NCBI GenBank assembly: GCA_035650475.1 | Contig: DASRHP010000013.1 | Coordinates: 21,755 to 85,754, forward strand | Origin: Candidatus Binataceae bacterium | GTDB lineage: Bacteria > Desulfobacterota > Binatia > Binatales > Binataceae | Direction: 5' to 3' | DNA length: 64,000 nucleotides | In this document: positions 22,035 to 31,496 of the stretch, piece by piece | Position numbering within the stretch: the stretch's first letter is position 1 | Layout of the letters: each line of letters begins with the position of its first letter | Notes under the pieces: generated by a model | The model's database searches: none | What the model was told of the DNA's origin: nothing | What the model saw: the letters and a program-made list of their open reading frames with translations, nothing else | Program-made: the position numbers and the translations under genes

Positions 22035-22433
22035 ATGGCAGACAAGAAGGCGGAAGTCTGGGCGACTGGCAAGCGCAAGACCGCGATCGCGCGCATCCGG
22101 CTCGCCCCCGGCAGCGGCACCATCAGCGTCAACCAGCGTTCGCTCGAAGAATACTTTCCGCGCGACACCTCGCGCATGAAGATCCTCGAGCCCTTCGAGC
22201 TGACCGAAACCAAGGGCCAATACGACGTGATCGCCAGCGTCAAGGGCGGCGGTATTGGCGCCCAGGCCGAGGCGGTCCGCCACGGCATCTCGCGCGCGCT
22301 GGTGCTCGCCTCCGAGGCGCTGCGTCCAGCGCTGCGCAAGAACGGGATGCTGACGCGCGACCCGCGCGAGGTCGAGCGTAAGAAGTACGGCCGCCACAAG
22401 GCACGCAAGCGTCCGCAATACTCCAAGCGCTAA
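22035..22433 (+). CDS. rpsI: 30S ribosomal protein S9
   Basis: 132 aa. GKRKTAIARIRL ... C-terminal KYGRHKARKRPQYSKR is the S9 signature. Confidence 0.92.
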   Translation: MADKKAEVWATGKRKTAIARIRLAPGSGTISVNQRSLEEYFPRDTSRMKILEPFELTETKGQYDVIASVKGGGIGAQAEAVRHGISRALVLASEALRPALRKNGMLTRDPREVERKKYGRHKARKRPQYSKR

Positions 22434-22443
22434 ACGACGCCCG

Positions 22444-22469
22444 CCGGCGCGCCCCGCGTGGCGCGCCGG
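22444..22469 (+). terminator. GC-rich hairpin downstream of rpsI (possible terminator)
   Basis: CCGGCGCGCC-ccgcgt-GGCGCGCCGG, a perfect 10 bp stem. No U-tract. Confidence 0.3.
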
Positions 22470-22621
22470 GCGCGGCTTTCCGCCGTGCGACCGCGTTTAT
22501 CCACGCTCGTTGCGTCATGTAACTGGTTCGTACGGCGATTTAGTGCTAGGTGGTGGGGCAGAATAACGCCGGGCCGCCGACGCGCGCTCGCCATTTTCAG
22601 CGGAGGGGTTTGAGAATCGAG

Positions 22622-23680
22622 ATGGCGTCGCACAATAACAGAATCAAGCTGGCGGTGCTCGGGGCTTCAGGCTATTCGGGCATCGAAGCCGTGCGCCTGC
22701 TCGCCGGTCATCCTTTCGTCGAGCTGAGCGCGCTGACCTCGGAGCATTTCGCCGGGCGCGAGGTGGCCGAGGTTTACCGCCATCTGGCCGGAATCGACCT
22801 GCCGCCGTTCGAGGAGCTGCGCGCCGACCTTATCCGCGGCCGCGCGGAGGTCGTGGTATCGTGCCTGCCTGAGCGCGTGGGCGCGGCGCTTATCGGCGAA
22901 CTCGTGGGGGCGGGCCTCAAGGTGATCGACCTGTCGGCCGACTTCCGGCTCAAGGACCCTGCGCAGTACCGCCAGACCTATGGCGTCGATCATCCGGCGC
23001 CGGCGCTGCTCAAGGAGGCGGTTTACGGGCTCGCCGAGTTCCATCGCCGCGAGCTGCGCGAGGCGCGCCTGGTCGCGGTGCCCGGATGCTATCCGACCAG
23101 CGCGCTGCTCGGTATCCTGCCGCTCATCCGGCGCGACCTCGTCGATCCGTCGTCGATCGTGATCGACTCCAAGTCCGGCACCACCGGGGCGCGCCGCGCG
23201 CCGCAGATCGAGCAACTCTTCGCCGAAGTCAACGAGAATTTCCGCGCCTATAAAGTCGGCAACCATCGCCACGTTCCCGAGATGGAACAGGAGATCGGCG
23301 CCGCGCTCGGGCGCGAGGTGGCGGTGATGTTCGTGCCGCACCTGCTGCCGGTCACCCGCGGCATCCTGACTTCGATCTTCATGCGTCCGCGCGCCGGCAC
23401 CAGCGAGGAAGACGTGCGCGCGGCGTTCGAGGCGGCCTTCGCCAAGTCGCGCTTCGTGCGCCTGCTCAAGCCGGGCGAGCTGCCCGAGCTGAAGAACGTC
23501 CGCGCGACCAACTTCTGCGAGCTCGGCTTCGTGCTCGAACGCCGTTCGCAGACGCTGTGCGTGCTGAGCGCCATCGACAATCTCGGCAAGGGCGCGGCGG
23601 GCCAGGCGATCCAGGACCTCAACCTGATGCTGGGGCACGACGAGGCGGCGGGCCTGCTGGGCGCGGCGCCCGTTCCGTGA
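22622..23680 (+). CDS. argC: N-acetyl-gamma-glutamyl-phosphate reductase
   Basis: ATG at 22622. IKLAVLGASGYSG NAD motif and the catalytic Cys region PGCYPTS. Confidence 0.88.
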   Translation: MASHNNRIKLAVLGASGYSGIEAVRLLAGHPFVELSALTSEHFAGREVAEVYRHLAGIDLPPFEELRADLIRGRAEVVVSCLPERVGAALIGELVGAGLKVIDLSADFRLKDPAQYRQTYGVDHPAPALLKEAVYGLAEFHRRELREARLVAVPGCYPTSALLGILPLIRRDLVDPSSIVIDSKSGTTGARRAPQIEQLFAEVNENFRAYKVGNHRHVPEMEQEIGAALGREVAVMFVPHLLPVTRGILTSIFMRPRAGTSEEDVRAAFEAAFAKSRFVRLLKPGELPELKNVRATNFCELGFVLERRSQTLCVLSAIDNLGKGAAGQAIQDLNLMLGHDEAAGLLGAAPVP

Positions 23681-24459
23681 GCACGCGGCGCGGCGACGAG
23701 TCAGGCTCTGGCTTGCGCGGCGGCGCCGCGCTCGGCCGCCGCGCGCTGCTTGGCGGCGCAATCGCACTCGGCGCGGCGGCAGCCCTCAACGCCGCCGCGC
23801 GGACGGGCGCGGCTGCGCCGCCGCCCAAGGAGGCGGGCCTCAGCTACGAGGGCCTGCTCAAGGGGCAGGCTGGATTCCAGCCGCGCAAGCCGATGGCGCC
23901 GCCGCACGCCGAGCTGCCAGGCTTCCTCTCCCGTCTCCAGCTCGCGCAAAGCTACACGCATTACGCGCACGATTTCCAGCGGCTGCTGGTCGCCGAGCGC
24001 GCGCTGGCCGCGCTGCCGCGCGACAAGGCGCATCGCAACGACTACGCCGCGCTCCGCTTGCAACAGGTCGAGGCGGCCAATTCGGTGCTGCTGTACGAGT
24101 TCTATTTCCGCGGGATGGCGCCGCGGCCGGTCAAGCCGCCGGCCTACGTTATTGACAACATCAATGAGCACATGGGCTCGATGGAGAGCTGGCGCGAGGA
24201 CTTTATCGCGTGCGCGCGCGTCGCCTCGGCCTGGGCGATCCTCGCCTACGATCCCTACGATGATCGCTGGCACAACGTGCCCACGGGCAAGGGCGATGCT
24301 GGCGGGTGGGTAGGGGCAAACCCGCTGGTTGTATGCGCGATGGCCGAGAGCGCATACGCGGCCGACTACCCGATGCGGGACAGTTACGTCGAGCGCTTCA
24401 TCGAGCACATCGACTGGAATGTGGTCGCGGCGCGCTACCGCGCCGTCGACCGCCATTAG
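23677..24459 (+). CDS. Fe/Mn-superoxide-dismutase-fold protein, Tat-signal, probably inactive (metal ligands substituted)
   Basis: GTG start overlaps the argC stop (GTGA). Twin-arginine-like N-terminus GRRALLGGAIALGAAAAL. C-terminal region aligns to the SOD C-terminal domain (ASAWAIL, AMAESAYAADY vs DVWEHAYY, IDWNVVAARY). Confidence 0.5.
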   Translation: MSTRRGDESGSGLRGGAALGRRALLGGAIALGAAAALNAAARTGAAAPPPKEAGLSYEGLLKGQAGFQPRKPMAPPHAELPGFLSRLQLAQSYTHYAHDFQRLLVAERALAALPRDKAHRNDYAALRLQQVEAANSVLLYEFYFRGMAPRPVKPPAYVIDNINEHMGSMESWREDFIACARVASAWAILAYDPYDDRWHNVPTGKGDAGGWVGANPLVVCAMAESAYAADYPMRDSYVERFIEHIDWNVVAARYRAVDRH

Positions 24460-24488
24460 CGCAACCGCAGGCGACGGTCGGCCGAGCG

Positions 24489-25175
24489 CTACGAGAGGGC
24501 CTCCCGCAATGCGGCGCGCGCGAGCAGCCGCGTCGAGTCCAGAACCGGCAAGCGGGAGTCGGATTCGCTTACCAGCAGCGGTATCTCGGTGCACGCGAGT
24601 GCAACCGCGTCACAACCCTCTGCTTCAAAGGCCTCAATCACCTCTCGGAAATAAGCTAACGAAGAGGGCAGGAAGCGCGCGCGAACGAGTTCCTCGAAAA
24701 TGATCCGATTGATACCCTCGCGCCGCTCGGCACCGGGGATACGAAACTCGATGCCCGCCGCCGCGAGCTTGGCGGGATACACAGGCCCTTCCATCAGGTA
24801 CCGCGTGCCAAGGACCCCGACACGCCTGAACCCGCGGCGGACGGCTTCGCGGGCCACCACCTCGCCGATATGGATCCACGGCGCGGGCGATTGGTCGTGC
24901 ACGAGGTCTAGCCCCTGATGTACCGTGTTGTCCGGGCAGATCAAGATCTGCGCGCCCGCGCTGACCAGCCGGGCTGCCGATTGAAGCAGAAGGTCGCCCA
25001 CTTCCCGCCACCGTCCGCGCTCGATCAGGCGCTGATAATCGGCGAGCGGAAGATTGTGCAGGGAGGTCTCGGGATAGGCGTGGCGGCCCATCAGCGCCTC
25101 GCCTTCCAGACAGATTGTCCGGTAGCAGAGCGCCGCTCCCTCGCTGCTGACCGCTACGATCCCGATATGCTTCAT
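24489..25175 (-). CDS. Asp/Glu/hydantoin racemase family protein
   Basis: 228 aa. Two conserved Cys contexts (ICPDNTVH and LACTEIPLL) typical of aspartate-racemase-like enzymes. Confidence 0.7.
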   Translation of the reverse strand: MKHIGIVAVSSEGAALCYRTICLEGEALMGRHAYPETSLHNLPLADYQRLIERGRWREVGDLLLQSAARLVSAGAQILICPDNTVHQGLDLVHDQSPAPWIHIGEVVAREAVRRGFRRVGVLGTRYLMEGPVYPAKLAAAGIEFRIPGAERREGINRIIFEELVRARFLPSSLAYFREVIEAFEAEGCDAVALACTEIPLLVSESDSRLPVLDSTRLLARAALREALS

Positions 25176-25191
25176 TCGGCGGGCTGGGCGC

Positions 25192-26235
25192 CTAGGCCAC
25201 GCGGCGCATCAACTCCAGGATGTCGTAGCCTGTGATCGCGCGGCTCTTCTCCGACCAGTCCTTGAGCTCGCGCTCGCTCACCATCCCGGCCTGCGCTCCC
25301 TTGGCGAGATCCATCAGCGCGATCTTGATCGTCGCCTCGTCGATCATCTCGCCGGTCTTGGGGTCGGCCATCGAGCCGCCGCCCTTTTCGTGGTACAGGC
25401 GGACCACCCGGCGGGCCTCCTCGACTTGGTCGGCGCTCGGGGTGTAGCAGGCGTTGGCTATCTCGGCTTGCTGCGGATGGATGACCCAAGTGCCGTCCAT
25501 GCCGAGATTGGCGGCGCCGATGTTCTTTTCGCGCAGGCCGCGCTGCAACTCGGCTATCCGCTCGGGCGAATCGTCCTTACGCCACAGCCGCAGATAGACG
25601 TTATCGATCGCGTGCAGGCCGGCCGCCTTGGCCGCGACCACCATCGACTGCTTGGCGTAATGGAAGTTCTGATTCTGACCCTCGACGATCTCGCGCACGC
25701 CGAGGTTGGCGGCGAAGTCGGCGATCCCGAAGACCAGGCCGCACATCCGGTCTGAGGCGGTGGCGATATCGTAGGCTTTGATCAGTGCGTGCGGCGTCTC
25801 GATCAGCGACTCTATCTGGACCTTGTACTTCCATCCGCTGCGCTTCTCCAGGTCGTCGAGCATCCGCGACACCTCGCGGATCTCCTCCGGGCCGCGCGTC
25901 TTGGGCAGGATGATCCCGTGGAAGCGGTTGGGCGCGCCGAGCATGATCGCTTCCATGTCGCCCTTGAAGAAGGGCGAGTGGATGTTGTTAGGCCGCACGG
26001 TGACTACCTTGCGCCCGAAGTTCAGCGTGTTGAGCGCCTCGACCATCACCTTGTGGCTCTTGGGCCCTTTGAACTCGTAGGGGCAAGCGTCCTCGAAGTC
26101 CGCCATCACATGGTCCACCGGGGCTTTGATCGGGTCGGCGGCGGTTTGATGGAGCTTCATGCTGTGGCCGGGATAGGTCATCTCGGTGCGTGGGATGACG
26201 AAGCGGTTGCCATTGTCGAGAATGAACATGGTCAA
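25192..26235 (-). CDS. HpcH/HpaI aldolase / citrate-lyase beta (CitE) family, malyl-CoA-lyase-like
   Basis: 347 aa with CitE/Mcl architecture (ADFEDA ..., GIADFAANLG ..., TWVIHPQQA). Confidence 0.7.
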   Translation of the reverse strand: MTMFILDNGNRFVIPRTEMTYPGHSMKLHQTAADPIKAPVDHVMADFEDACPYEFKGPKSHKVMVEALNTLNFGRKVVTVRPNNIHSPFFKGDMEAIMLGAPNRFHGIILPKTRGPEEIREVSRMLDDLEKRSGWKYKVQIESLIETPHALIKAYDIATASDRMCGLVFGIADFAANLGVREIVEGQNQNFHYAKQSMVVAAKAAGLHAIDNVYLRLWRKDDSPERIAELQRGLREKNIGAANLGMDGTWVIHPQQAEIANACYTPSADQVEEARRVVRLYHEKGGGSMADPKTGEMIDEATIKIALMDLAKGAQAGMVSERELKDWSEKSRAITGYDILELMRRVA

Positions 26236-26327
26236 TTTTTCTCCGTTCAGCGGTATGTTTCCGCTGCAAAAGTTGCCGCCAAGGAGCGCGGTTAGCGTCC
26301 TGGCGCCGCAGAATAGTCACCTCAGTT

Positions 26328-26343
26328 TGGCATCGCCATTGCT
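26328..26343 (+). promoter_or_regulatory. candidate sigma-54 promoter (TGGCAT-N5-TTGCT)
   Basis: TGGCATCGCCATTGCT matches the GG-N10-GC consensus spacing exactly. Lies 268 nt upstream of the MDR reductase gene. Confidence 0.35.
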
Positions 26344-26610
26344 AGGGTGGATGCCGAGGACCACAATGCGCGCACGATTGGCTGGCCGGGACGGGCCTCG
26401 CGATCCAAAACGGGCGGCCTTTGGCGCGGGCGGCCGAACGAATCGGAACTCGACCGCTGCGCGCTTGGTTTTTACGGCATTGAACGCAAGCCGTCAACCG
26501 AGCACTTGGGCAGGTGCGAACCGCCCCAGTTGCGCGAGCGGCCGCAAACGTATAGCTAATTTCGCACCCCTAGGCACCTACCCAAGGGCCTTAGATAAAC
26601 GGACTATTCG

Positions 26611-27654
26611 ATGAAGGCGATTGCATTCGAGCGCAATGGAGGCGTGGAGGTCCTTCGATATCAGGACGTTGCTGAACCCAAAGCCGGCCCCAATGAGGTC
26701 GTGATCAAGGTCAAGGCTTCGGCGTGCAATTTCAATGACATTTGGGCCCGCCGCGGCCTGCCCGGGATGAAAATCATCCTTCCGCACATCTCGGGCTCCG
26801 ACGCCGCCGGCGAAGTGGTTGACCGCGGCAGCGAGGTCAAAGACATCGCAATCGGCGACGAGGTCGTGGTCCATTGCGGCATCGCCTGCCGCCATTGCTA
26901 CTATTGCACCCGCGGCGAGGAATTCTTCTGCCACGACTTCAAGATCTGGGGCTTCCAGACCGGGCCGCTCGACGGCGCCCACGGCGAGTACTGCAAGGTG
27001 CCGGCGGTCAACGTGCTGGCCAAGCCGCGCAACCTGAGCTTCGAGGAGGCGGCCTCGATGCCGCTGGTGCTGGTGACGGTGTGGCGGATGCTGGTGACGC
27101 GCGCGCGCATGCGGGCCGGCGATTTCGTCCTGATCTGGGGCGCCACCGGCGGGCTGGGCGTGATGGCGATCCAGATCGCCAAGCTTTTCAACGCGCGGCC
27201 GATCGCGGTCGCCTCCAGCGACGAGAAGCTCGAGCTGGCGCGCAAGCTGGGCGCTGAGTTCACGCTCAACCGCAAGCGCGACGACATCTTCCAAGAGGTC
27301 CGGCGAATAACCGACGGCAGGCGCGCCGACATCGTCTTCGAGCATACTGGTGCCGACACCTGGCCGCTTTCGATGCAGTGTCTGAAGTGGGGCGGGACGA
27401 TTGTGACCTGCGGCGCCACTTCCGGCTTTGACGCCCACATGGACATCCGTCTGCTATGGAATAAGCAGCAGAACTATCTCGGCTCCCATCTTGGGAATAA
27501 GGGCGAGCTGATCGAGGCGATGCGGTTTGTCGAGCGCGGGCTTATCAAGCCCGTCATCGACCGCGTGATGCCGCTTAGGGAGCTGGGCAAAGCGCAGGAG
27601 CTGATGGAGAACAATATCGTGGCGGGCAAAATCGTGATGCTGCCCGAGGCGTAG
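26611..27654 (+). CDS. zinc-binding alcohol dehydrogenase / MDR-family oxidoreductase
   Basis: 347 aa with Zn-ADH architecture (structural Cys cluster CRHCYYC) and a GATGGLG Rossmann motif. Confidence 0.8.
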   Translation: MKAIAFERNGGVEVLRYQDVAEPKAGPNEVVIKVKASACNFNDIWARRGLPGMKIILPHISGSDAAGEVVDRGSEVKDIAIGDEVVVHCGIACRHCYYCTRGEEFFCHDFKIWGFQTGPLDGAHGEYCKVPAVNVLAKPRNLSFEEAASMPLVLVTVWRMLVTRARMRAGDFVLIWGATGGLGVMAIQIAKLFNARPIAVASSDEKLELARKLGAEFTLNRKRDDIFQEVRRITDGRRADIVFEHTGADTWPLSMQCLKWGGTIVTCGATSGFDAHMDIRLLWNKQQNYLGSHLGNKGELIEAMRFVERGLIKPVIDRVMPLRELGKAQELMENNIVAGKIVMLPEA

Positions 27655-27900
27655 GGAGCAGGACGCGGCAGGCCGGACAAGCCGGCTCGCCGCGCTGAGC
27701 GGGGCAAACCCGGGTGGGCGGCCGCGAGCGCCAGGAGGCGCTCGCGGCCGCGCCGTTTTGCGCCCGGCGCGCCGGACGCACAACGCGCGCCGCCTCCGTC
27801 GCCCGGGCGCCGCAGGTGTCCAGTGTGATGCCGGCTGGGCCGCGTGGCTCGCGCGCGGCACTACCGGCGCGCGACGGCGATCCACTAAAATCGCCTCGTC

Positions 27901-30768
27901 GTGGCCCACCCAACCCGCGCATTCTGGAACCAGCTCCGCGCCTCAGTCGATGGCGAGGTTCGCTTCGACAACGCCACACTTGCGCTCTACGCCACCGACG
28001 CTTCGGTTTATCGCCAGGTCCCGCTGAGCGTCGTGCTCCCGCGCCACGAGGGCGACGTGATCCGCACGCTCGGGCTCGCGCGCGAAAATTCGCTCCCGCT
28101 GCTCGCCCGCGGGGGCGGCACCGCGCTCGCAGGCCAGAGCTGCAACGCGGCGCTCATCCTCGACTTCTCCAAGTACATGAACGCAATCCGGCATATCGAC
28201 GCCGGTTCGCGAGTCGCCACGGTCGAGCCGGGCGTCGTCCAGGCGCAACTCAACGCTGCGCTTGCCCGGCACGGGCTGTTTTTTGCGCCCGACCCCGCGA
28301 CGAAGAACCGATGCACTATCGGCGGGATGGTAGGCAACAACTCGTGCGGCGCGCATTCCGCCGCCTATGGCAAGACGGTGGACAACGTAGAGGCGCTCGA
28401 TGTTGTGCTGTACGACGGCACACGGCTCCATCTGGGTGCTGCGGACGAGGGCGACGTCGCGCGCGCGTCGGCGGGCGGCGGTCGCGAGGGCGAGTTGCGA
28501 ACCTCGATGCGCGCGCTGGTCGAACGTCACGCCGAGGAGATTCGCCGCCGCTATCCGAAAATTCCGCGTCGCGTCTCCGGCTACAACCTCGATGAGCTGC
28601 TGCCCGAGCGCGGCCACAATCTGGCGCGCGCGATCGTCGGCTCGGAAGGGACGCTGGCGGTAACGCTCGCCGCGACGCTCAAGCTGGTCCCGCGCCCGCG
28701 CAGCCTCGCGCTGGTGGTGCTCGGCTTTGACGATGTCTATCTCGCAGCGGACCAGGTGCCGTGGATCCTGGAGCATCGCCCGCAGGCATTGGAGGGTTTT
28801 GACCATCGTCTGCCAGACTTCGCGCGCAGCAAGGGGCTCGACGCCGCGCGGTTTCTACCCGACGGGCGTGCATTCCTGATCGTCGAGCTTGGCGCCGATG
28901 GAGACGACGAGGCGCGCGCCGCCGCCGAGCGACTGGTGGCCGACGCGCGGCGCGTGCGCGCCTGCGCGGGCGTCGCGCCCCTCTACGACGGCGGCGCGCA
29001 GCGTGCCGTATGGGGCCTGCGCGAGTCCGGGCTCGGCGCCGGCGCCCTCATTCCCGGCCATCCGCGGACCTGGCCGGGCGCCGAGGACACCGCGGTGCCG
29101 CCGGCGCGCCTCGGCGATTACCTGCGCCGCTTCGTGCGCCTGCTCGACGGCCACGGGCTCGCCGCCGCGACTTACTACGGCCATTTTGGCGAGGGATGCG
29201 TCCATTGCCGGGTCAATTTCGATTTCACCACGCCTAAGGGCGTCCAGACCTTCCGCGCCACGATGCTTGAGATCGGCGATTTGGTCGCCGAGTTCGGCGG
29301 CTCGATGTCGGGCGAGCACGGCGACGGCCTTGCGCGCTCCGAGTTGCTGCCAAAGATGTTCGGGCCGCGCCTGATCGAGGCGTTCGCCGACTTCAAGCGC
29401 GCCTTCGATCCCGACTTCCGGATGAACCCGGGCGTGATTGTGAATCCGCATCCGCTGGATTCTCATCTGCGCGTGACTCCGGGCTACCGTCCGGCGCCGG
29501 TGGAGACCCATTTCGACTTCATCGCCGAGGGTGGTCTGGCGGGGGCCGCGCTCAAGTGTGTCGGGATCGGTAAATGCCGCAAGACCGACGCCGGCACGAT
29601 GTGCCCGTCGTACATGGCGACGCGCGAGGAGATGCACTCGACGCGCGGGCGGGCCCATCTGCTGTGGGAGGCGCTGAGCGGCGGCAGGCTGCTTGAAGGC
29701 AGGGCGGGGGACAGGGCGATTAAAGAAGCGCTTGAACTTTGCCTCTCGTGTAAAGGGTGCAAGAGCGAATGCCCGGCGGCGGTCGATATTGCCGCCTACA
29801 AGGCCGAATTCTTCGCCCGCTACTACGCCCGCAACCGTCGCCCGCTCGCTGTGCGATTCTTCGCGCGTATCCACGAGGTCGCCCGCGCCGGCGCTGCCAT
29901 CCCCGCGCTGGCTAACGCGCTTGGGCATGCGCCGGCGCTCGGCGAGATCGTGCGGGCGCTGCTAAAAATTCATCCCGAGCGTGAACTTCCGCGCTTCGCG
30001 GCGCAGAGCTTTCGTTCATGGTTCGCGGCGCGCGGGCGACGCGACGGATCGGCTGCGCCCGAGGTCGTACTGTTCGCCGACACCTTCAACAACTTCTTCG
30101 AACCCGACGTAGCTATCGCGGCCGTGGAGGTCCTCGAGCGCGCCGGCTTCACCGTGGTCGTGCCGCCGCGCGATTTGTGCTGCGGGCGCCCGCTGTACGA
30201 CGCTGGGATGTTCGCGCGGGCGCGCTGGCGGCTCGAGCAGGTGATGAAGACGCTCGCGCCTTACGTCGAGCGCGGCGCGGCGGTGGTCGGGCTCGAACCG
30301 AGCTGCATCCTCACCTTCCGCGACGAGTTGCCGAGCCTTTTCCCGGCCGACGCGCGCGCCGCGGCGCTGGCCAAGCGCGCGATGCTGCTCGATGAGTTCC
30401 TCGTGCGCGAGGCGCCCAGTTATGTCCCGCCCGCGCTCGCCCGCCGTGCGCTCGTTCACGGCCATTGCCATCAGAAGTCTCTTGCCGGCATGCGGTCCGA
30501 GATGGCCATCCTCGGCCGCGTCGGGGGGCTGGGTGCGCAGGAGCTCGACGCCGGATGTTGCGGGATGGCGGGCGCGTTCGGCTACGGCGCCGAGCGCTTC
30601 GAGCTCTCGCGCGTGATCGGCGAGCGCGTGCTGCTGCCGGCGGTGCGCGCGAGCGCGCCCGATACGCTGGTGGTCGCCGACGGCTTCGCCTGCCGCCAGC
30701 AGATCCGCCATCTCTGCCCCGGCCGCCAGCCGCTCCATCTGGCGCAACTGCTCAACCTCAAGGCCTGA
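27901..30768 (+). CDS. FAD-binding (GlcD-like) plus Fe-S/CCG (GlcF-like) fusion oxidoreductase, D-lactate/glycolate dehydrogenase-like
   Basis: 955 aa. N-terminal FAD PCMH domain, C-terminal 4Fe-4S CxxCxxC motif (CLSCKGCKSEC) and CCG domains. GTG start. Confidence 0.8.
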   Translation: MAHPTRAFWNQLRASVDGEVRFDNATLALYATDASVYRQVPLSVVLPRHEGDVIRTLGLARENSLPLLARGGGTALAGQSCNAALILDFSKYMNAIRHIDAGSRVATVEPGVVQAQLNAALARHGLFFAPDPATKNRCTIGGMVGNNSCGAHSAAYGKTVDNVEALDVVLYDGTRLHLGAADEGDVARASAGGGREGELRTSMRALVERHAEEIRRRYPKIPRRVSGYNLDELLPERGHNLARAIVGSEGTLAVTLAATLKLVPRPRSLALVVLGFDDVYLAADQVPWILEHRPQALEGFDHRLPDFARSKGLDAARFLPDGRAFLIVELGADGDDEARAAAERLVADARRVRACAGVAPLYDGGAQRAVWGLRESGLGAGALIPGHPRTWPGAEDTAVPPARLGDYLRRFVRLLDGHGLAAATYYGHFGEGCVHCRVNFDFTTPKGVQTFRATMLEIGDLVAEFGGSMSGEHGDGLARSELLPKMFGPRLIEAFADFKRAFDPDFRMNPGVIVNPHPLDSHLRVTPGYRPAPVETHFDFIAEGGLAGAALKCVGIGKCRKTDAGTMCPSYMATREEMHSTRGRAHLLWEALSGGRLLEGRAGDRAIKEALELCLSCKGCKSECPAAVDIAAYKAEFFARYYARNRRPLAVRFFARIHEVARAGAAIPALANALGHAPALGEIVRALLKIHPERELPRFAAQSFRSWFAARGRRDGSAAPEVVLFADTFNNFFEPDVAIAAVEVLERAGFTVVVPPRDLCCGRPLYDAGMFARARWRLEQVMKTLAPYVERGAAVVGLEPSCILTFRDELPSLFPADARAAALAKRAMLLDEFLVREAPSYVPPALARRALVHGHCHQKSLAGMRSEMAILGRVGGLGAQELDAGCCGMAGAFGYGAERFELSRVIGERVLLPAVRASAPDTLVVADGFACRQQIRHLCPGRQPLHLAQLLNLKA

Positions 30769-30784
30769 TTCGACGGAGGTCCTC

Positions 30785-31378
30785 GTGAACGAACCCAGAG
30801 AAGTGAAGATGTACTCGGACTACAAGAGTCCGTACGCCTATCTCGCCTTCGACCCGGCCTTCGCCCTCGAGCAACGCTTTTGGGTGCGTGTCCGATGGAT
30901 TCCGTTCCAGCTCCGGATCAAAGACCGCGGCCAGCGCAGCGTCTATTCCGACTACAAGGCCAAGTACTCTTACCTCGACGCGCGGCGGTGGGCGAAACCG
31001 CGCGGGATCATCATCCGCGCGCCGCAGAAGGTTTACGACTCGACGCCGGCGCTGGTCGGCGGACTGTTCGCCGAATCCAAGGGCCGCCTGCTCGACTACA
31101 GCCGCAGGGTCTATGAGCTGTTCTTCCGGCGCGCGCTTGAGATCGACCAGCCCGAGGTGGTGGCGGCGATGATCGCGGATCTCAAGATGTCCGCTGACGA
31201 GTATCGCGCGTACCTGGGCGGCGAGGGGATGCGCGCGCTCGAACGCGCCCAGGCCGAGGCCGCCGAGGATCACATCTTCGGCGTGCCGATTTTCCTCTTC
31301 GGCGGCGAGCCGTTCTGGGGTCACGACCGCCTGCCGCTGCTGGAGCAGCGCCTGCGCGAGGCCGGCCTCGCGCGCTAG
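30785..31378 (+). CDS. DsbA-like thioredoxin-fold protein, 2-hydroxychromene-2-carboxylate isomerase family
   Basis: GTG start 6 nt after a GGAGG (alternative ATG at 30809). YSDYKSPYAYLAF is the HCCA-isomerase / GST-kappa N-terminal motif. Confidence 0.65.
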   Translation: MNEPREVKMYSDYKSPYAYLAFDPAFALEQRFWVRVRWIPFQLRIKDRGQRSVYSDYKAKYSYLDARRWAKPRGIIIRAPQKVYDSTPALVGGLFAESKGRLLDYSRRVYELFFRRALEIDQPEVVAAMIADLKMSADEYRAYLGGEGMRALERAQAEAAEDHIFGVPIFLFGGEPFWGHDRLPLLEQRLREAGLAR

Positions 31379-31496
31379 CCCAGCGGGCTCCCGAGCCCGC
31401 GCAGGCTATGCTCATTCGGCCAAAACGTGTACACCAGGCAGCGGCTGGGAGGGCAGGGCGAGGCGTATCGCCCGCAACCATCAGGGAGAGACGACG

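Noticed and set aside
22667-23767. 366 aa minus-strand ORF
   Set aside because: Antisense to argC.
26347-26559. 70 aa ORF in the lyase/reductase divergent spacer
   Set aside because: No RBS or family. Sits in a promoter region.
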